From: Nitrososphaeraceae archaeon
GTDB taxonomy: Archaea; Thermoproteota; Nitrososphaeria; Nitrososphaerales; Nitrososphaeraceae
Length of the DNA stretch: 64,000 bases
Assembly (NCBI GenBank): GCA_050043595.1
Contig: JBNAIF010000127.1
Location: 43-64,042 of the forward strand
Reading direction: 5' to 3'
A program made the position numbers and the translations under genes. Below the pieces are notes generated by a model. That model was not told the DNA's origin. It saw only the letters and a program-made list of their open reading frames with translations, and searched no databases. This document shows, piece by piece, positions 60,764 through 64,000 of the stretch. The stretch's first letter is position 1. Each line of letters starts with the position of its first letter.

Positions 60764-61396
60764 TTGGGCTTACATTCATTAAATAATACTAAAAGTTCGA
60801 GAAATAGGAAAAAAAGAAGGATATCCACTTTCAAAAGATCTACTAAAGAAACAACTGTACAAGTGAGATTAGATATTGATGGTGATGGTAATAGTGATAT
60901 TAACACTAGTATTCCATTTTTGGATCATTTAATTTCAACATTTAGCAAACATAGTATGATAAATATGCAATTAAATGCAAAGTCAAACGATCAAATTATA
61001 CATCATCTTATTGAAGATATAGCAATTACAATTTCTCAAGGTATTGATAAAGCACTAGGAGACAGGATTGGTATTAAGAGATTTGGATATGCAATAATTC
61101 CTATGGATGATGTACTAGTCTTTGCTTCATTAGATCTTATAAAACGTCAATTCCATAAAACAAATATCAGTTTAACAAGACATGAAATAGAGAACATACA
61201 TAAAGAAGATTTAGAACATTTTATAGAATCTTTATTACAGAATTTGAATGCATGTGTACATATAAAATTAGAATATGGAGAAAATGATCATCATAAAATA
61301 GAAGCAGCGATAAAAGCATTAGCAGTATCATTGAGATTAGCAGTAAACATAGATAAGAAAAGAAGTGGAATACCTAGTACAAAAAATATGATGTGA
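60764..61396 (+). CDS. hisB: imidazoleglycerol-phosphate dehydratase (monofunctional)
   Basis: RSTKET, FLDHLI, HHLIED, PMDD, NDHHKIEA. Confidence 0.96.
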   Translation: MGLHSLNNTKSSRNRKKRRISTFKRSTKETTVQVRLDIDGDGNSDINTSIPFLDHLISTFSKHSMINMQLNAKSNDQIIHHLIEDIAITISQGIDKALGDRIGIKRFGYAIIPMDDVLVFASLDLIKRQFHKTNISLTRHEIENIHKEDLEHFIESLLQNLNACVHIKLEYGENDHHKIEAAIKALAVSLRLAVNIDKKRSGIPSTKNMM

Positions 61397-62019
61397 GTAA
61401 TTTGGCAAATATATCTATTTTTGATTATGGCGCAGGAAACCTATATAGCCTGAAACATTCATTAGAAAAAAATGGAGCATCTGTAACTATTGTAAATAAA
61501 CTAGAAAATATTGAAGATTATCAGGGTTTGGTTCTTCCAGGTGTCGGAAATTTTGATCCTGCTGCCAGAAGTATTAAACCATACAAAAAAAAACTTCGCA
61601 AATTAATTGAAAAAAATGTTCCTATTTTAGGTATTTGTCTTGGAATGGAGATGTTATTTAAAAATAGTGAAGAAGGAAAACTACAAGGATTAAATATTTT
61701 GGATGGAAAAGTGATTATCTTGCCAAAAAAAAATGTAAAGATTCCTCATATGGGATGGAATAGTTTAGATATTATAAATAAGAATAGTAAGATCTTGCAA
61801 GATATCGAAGATAAATCTTGGGTATATTTTGTTCACTCATATCATATTGTACCTTCTAAAAAAAATATTATCATAGCCAAATCGAAATATGGTAAAAATA
61901 TACCAGTTGTTATTGAAGAGAATAATTTATTTGGAACCCAGTTTCATCCAGAAAAATCAGGAAAGATAGGCAGAAAAATAATAAGAAATTTTTTACGAGT
62001 GTGTAATCAAAAAAGATGA
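61393..62019 (+). CDS. hisH: imidazole glycerol phosphate synthase, glutaminase subunit
   Basis: DYGAGNL, LPGVG, GICLGME, PHMGWN, YFVHSY, QFHPEKS. Confidence 0.97.
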   Translation: MSNLANISIFDYGAGNLYSLKHSLEKNGASVTIVNKLENIEDYQGLVLPGVGNFDPAARSIKPYKKKLRKLIEKNVPILGICLGMEMLFKNSEEGKLQGLNILDGKVIILPKKNVKIPHMGWNSLDIINKNSKILQDIEDKSWVYFVHSYHIVPSKKNIIIAKSKYGKNIPVVIEENNLFGTQFHPEKSGKIGRKIIRNFLRVCNQKR

Positions 62020-62738
62020 AAATAATACCAGCAATTGACATAATGGAAGGAAAAGTAGTAAGACTTGTAAAAGGAGATCCTAGAAACAAAATTATTTATA
62101 ATGATGATCCTGTTGAAACAGCTCGAAAATTTCAAGAACAAGGAGCAGACATGATCCACATTGTAGATCTTGATGCTGCATTAAGTACTGGATGGAATAA
62201 TAATCAAAACAATCAAAATATCATATCTAAAATAATAGATACAATTGAAATACCTATACAAATAGCAGGTGGAATTAGAAGCATGCAAGCTATTGATAGA
62301 ATGTTAGAATTGAATGTCGAAAAAATTGTAATAGGTACATTAGCTTACAAACAACCTAATCTAATATATCAATTACCAAATAGTAAGATATCTAAGATAG
62401 TAATTTCAATTGATCAAAATAATGGAATTGTGATGATAGATGGTTGGAGACAGTCATCTGGATTTAAAATAATTGAAGCAATTAAATTATTTTTAACTAA
62501 AGGAATTAATGAATTCTTGTTAACGACTGTGGATAGAGATGGAACATTAATTGGTCCTGATGTCAATATATTATCATATGCTGCAAATATATATGGAACA
62601 AAAATTATTGCGAGTGGTGGAATATCAAGTTTAGAAGATATAATAAGAGTTAAAAACACTGGATGTAGATCAGTTATTTTAGGAAAAGCAATTTATGATC
62701 AGAAAATTGATATTAAAAAAGCAAAAGCAATAGTTTGA
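62016..62738 (+). CDS. hisA: ProFAR isomerase
   Basis: IIPAID, HIVDLD, GGIRS, TVDRDGTL, ASGG. Confidence 0.96.
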   Translation: MKIIPAIDIMEGKVVRLVKGDPRNKIIYNDDPVETARKFQEQGADMIHIVDLDAALSTGWNNNQNNQNIISKIIDTIEIPIQIAGGIRSMQAIDRMLELNVEKIVIGTLAYKQPNLIYQLPNSKISKIVISIDQNNGIVMIDGWRQSSGFKIIEAIKLFLTKGINEFLLTTVDRDGTLIGPDVNILSYAANIYGTKIIASGGISSLEDIIRVKNTGCRSVILGKAIYDQKIDIKKAKAIV

Positions 62739-62754
62739 AAACAAAAGAACGAAA

Positions 62755-63609
62755 ATGGTATTAGCAAAAAGAATTATTCCATGTTTGGATGTAGACAATG
62801 GTAGAGTAGTAAAAGGTATTAATTTTAATGAAATAAAAGATGCAGGAGATCCTGTAGAATTTGCAAAAAGGTATAGTAAAGAAGGTGCAGATGAGCTTGT
62901 TTTTTTGGATATTACAGCATCACAAGAAAAAAGAGACATAATCAAAAATGTAGTTCGTAATGTTGCAAGTGTTATAGACATTCCATTTACAGTCGGAGGT
63001 GGCATTAAAAAATTAGAAGATGCAAGAGAAATATTACTTAGTGGAGCAGATAAAGTTTCTATAAACACATCTGCTGTAAAAAAACCACAATTAATCAAAG
63101 AATTAATGAACATATTCGGAAAGCAGTGTATAGTAGTTGCGATAGATGTTAAAAAAAATTATTTGGATGAAGATTATCAAAGTACTAAAATTTCTTCAAT
63201 TCCAGATAAAAAAAATATAATAAAAGAATATGATAAGAAAAATGAAACTATACGAAAATGTTGGTTTGAAGTAATGATTTATGGAGGCAAAGAAGGTACT
63301 GGAATAGATGCGATAGAATGGGCAAAAAAAATAGAAAAATTAGGTGCGGGTGAAATATTACTTACTAGTATTGATGCAGATGGAACAGAAGAGGGATATG
63401 ATATTAAATTAACTGATTTGATTTGTAGAACAGTTAGTGTTCCAGTAATAGCTTCTGGAGGGTGTGGATTGCCATCACATATGCTTGAAATATTTAAAAA
63501 AACAAATGTAGATGCAGCATTAGCTGCTTCGATATTTCATTATGAAAAATCTACTATTAAAAAAGTTAAGAGGTTTTTGAAAAATAATGGTATAGGTATA
63601 AGAGTATAA
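62755..63609 (+). CDS. hisF: imidazole glycerol phosphate synthase, cyclase subunit
   Basis: RIIPCLDV, ADELVFLDITAS, VGGGI, LTSIDADG, IASGG, AASIFH. Confidence 0.97.
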   Translation: MVLAKRIIPCLDVDNGRVVKGINFNEIKDAGDPVEFAKRYSKEGADELVFLDITASQEKRDIIKNVVRNVASVIDIPFTVGGGIKKLEDAREILLSGADKVSINTSAVKKPQLIKELMNIFGKQCIVVAIDVKKNYLDEDYQSTKISSIPDKKNIIKEYDKKNETIRKCWFEVMIYGGKEGTGIDAIEWAKKIEKLGAGEILLTSIDADGTEEGYDIKLTDLICRTVSVPVIASGGCGLPSHMLEIFKKTNVDAALAASIFHYEKSTIKKVKRFLKNNGIGIRV

Positions 63610-63675
63610 ATTTAAATAAGAATAGATAATTTGATTTTATGCATTATTGTAATTTAATATAATATATTATTCAAT

Positions 63676-64000
63676 TTATGTGCTTAGTCCTTCTAAATTA
63701 CCTTCTTGTTCTAACTTTTCTGCATGAGCACGAATGTAACGCCAAATTATATCCGCTTTATCTGATTGAAAATCCCATGGTGCAACAAGAACTAGATCAT
63801 CTTCTCTAATCCACATTCTGCGTTTAATCTTTCCTCTAATACGACACGTTCTAACTTTTCCATCAGTACATTTTACAATAACATTATCTCCTCCGACTAA
63901 TTTAATCACTCTTCCAAACATCTCTCCTTCTTGTGGCATGACTAATTCTTTTAGTGCAGCCTCATTCAAAACTTTTCTTTTACCTAAATCGAATCCTGGA
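63676..64000 (-). CDS. eif1a: translation initiation factor aIF1A; start codon not resolved at the window edge
   Basis: CTDGKVRTCRIRGKIKRRMWIRE, VAPWDFQ, DIIWRY. The frame is open through the window end (..PGFDLGKRKVLNE). Confidence 0.93.
   Translation of the reverse strand, partial: PGFDLGKRKVLNEAALKELVMPQEGEMFGRVIKLVGGDNVIVKCTDGKVRTCRIRGKIKRRMWIREDDLVLVAPWDFQSDKADIIWRYIRAHAEKLEQEGNLEGLST

Overview
Very AT-rich archaeal chromosomal segment. Gene content and order point to an ammonia-oxidising archaeon (Nitrososphaerota, probably a Nitrososphaeraceae-like lineage): pfdA-ftsY-argF, aspS-gatCAB, Zn-type ferredoxin, Amt, class II HMG-CoA reductase, grpE-dnaK-dnaJ, hisG-D-C-HAD-B-H-A-F, aIF1A, aIF2beta, aMBF1, NAC and Trm56. 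Most of the window is housekeeping. I found no CRISPR array, integrase, transposase, rRNA or recognisable defence system. The best candidates for something undescribed are: (1) a co-oriented three-gene extracytoplasmic thiol/metal module at the left end (secreted two-repeat His/Met/Cys protein, Cys-Cys membrane protein, membrane-anchored DUF3179 CxxC protein); (2) a tRNA-Ser(UGA) with two introns and a tRNA-Phe(GAA) with a 30/31 intron in a perfect BHB motif plus an atypical C54; (3) zinc-finger microproteins flanking tRNA-Phe that the ORF track missed; (4) an FtsY with a long C-terminal tail carrying a MinD-like amphipathic motif; (5) a winged-helix gene with no in-frame start for its N-terminal part, reachable from an upstream ATG by a -1 shift at A_AAA_AAG_TAA. 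All family assignments come from motif recognition, not database searches.
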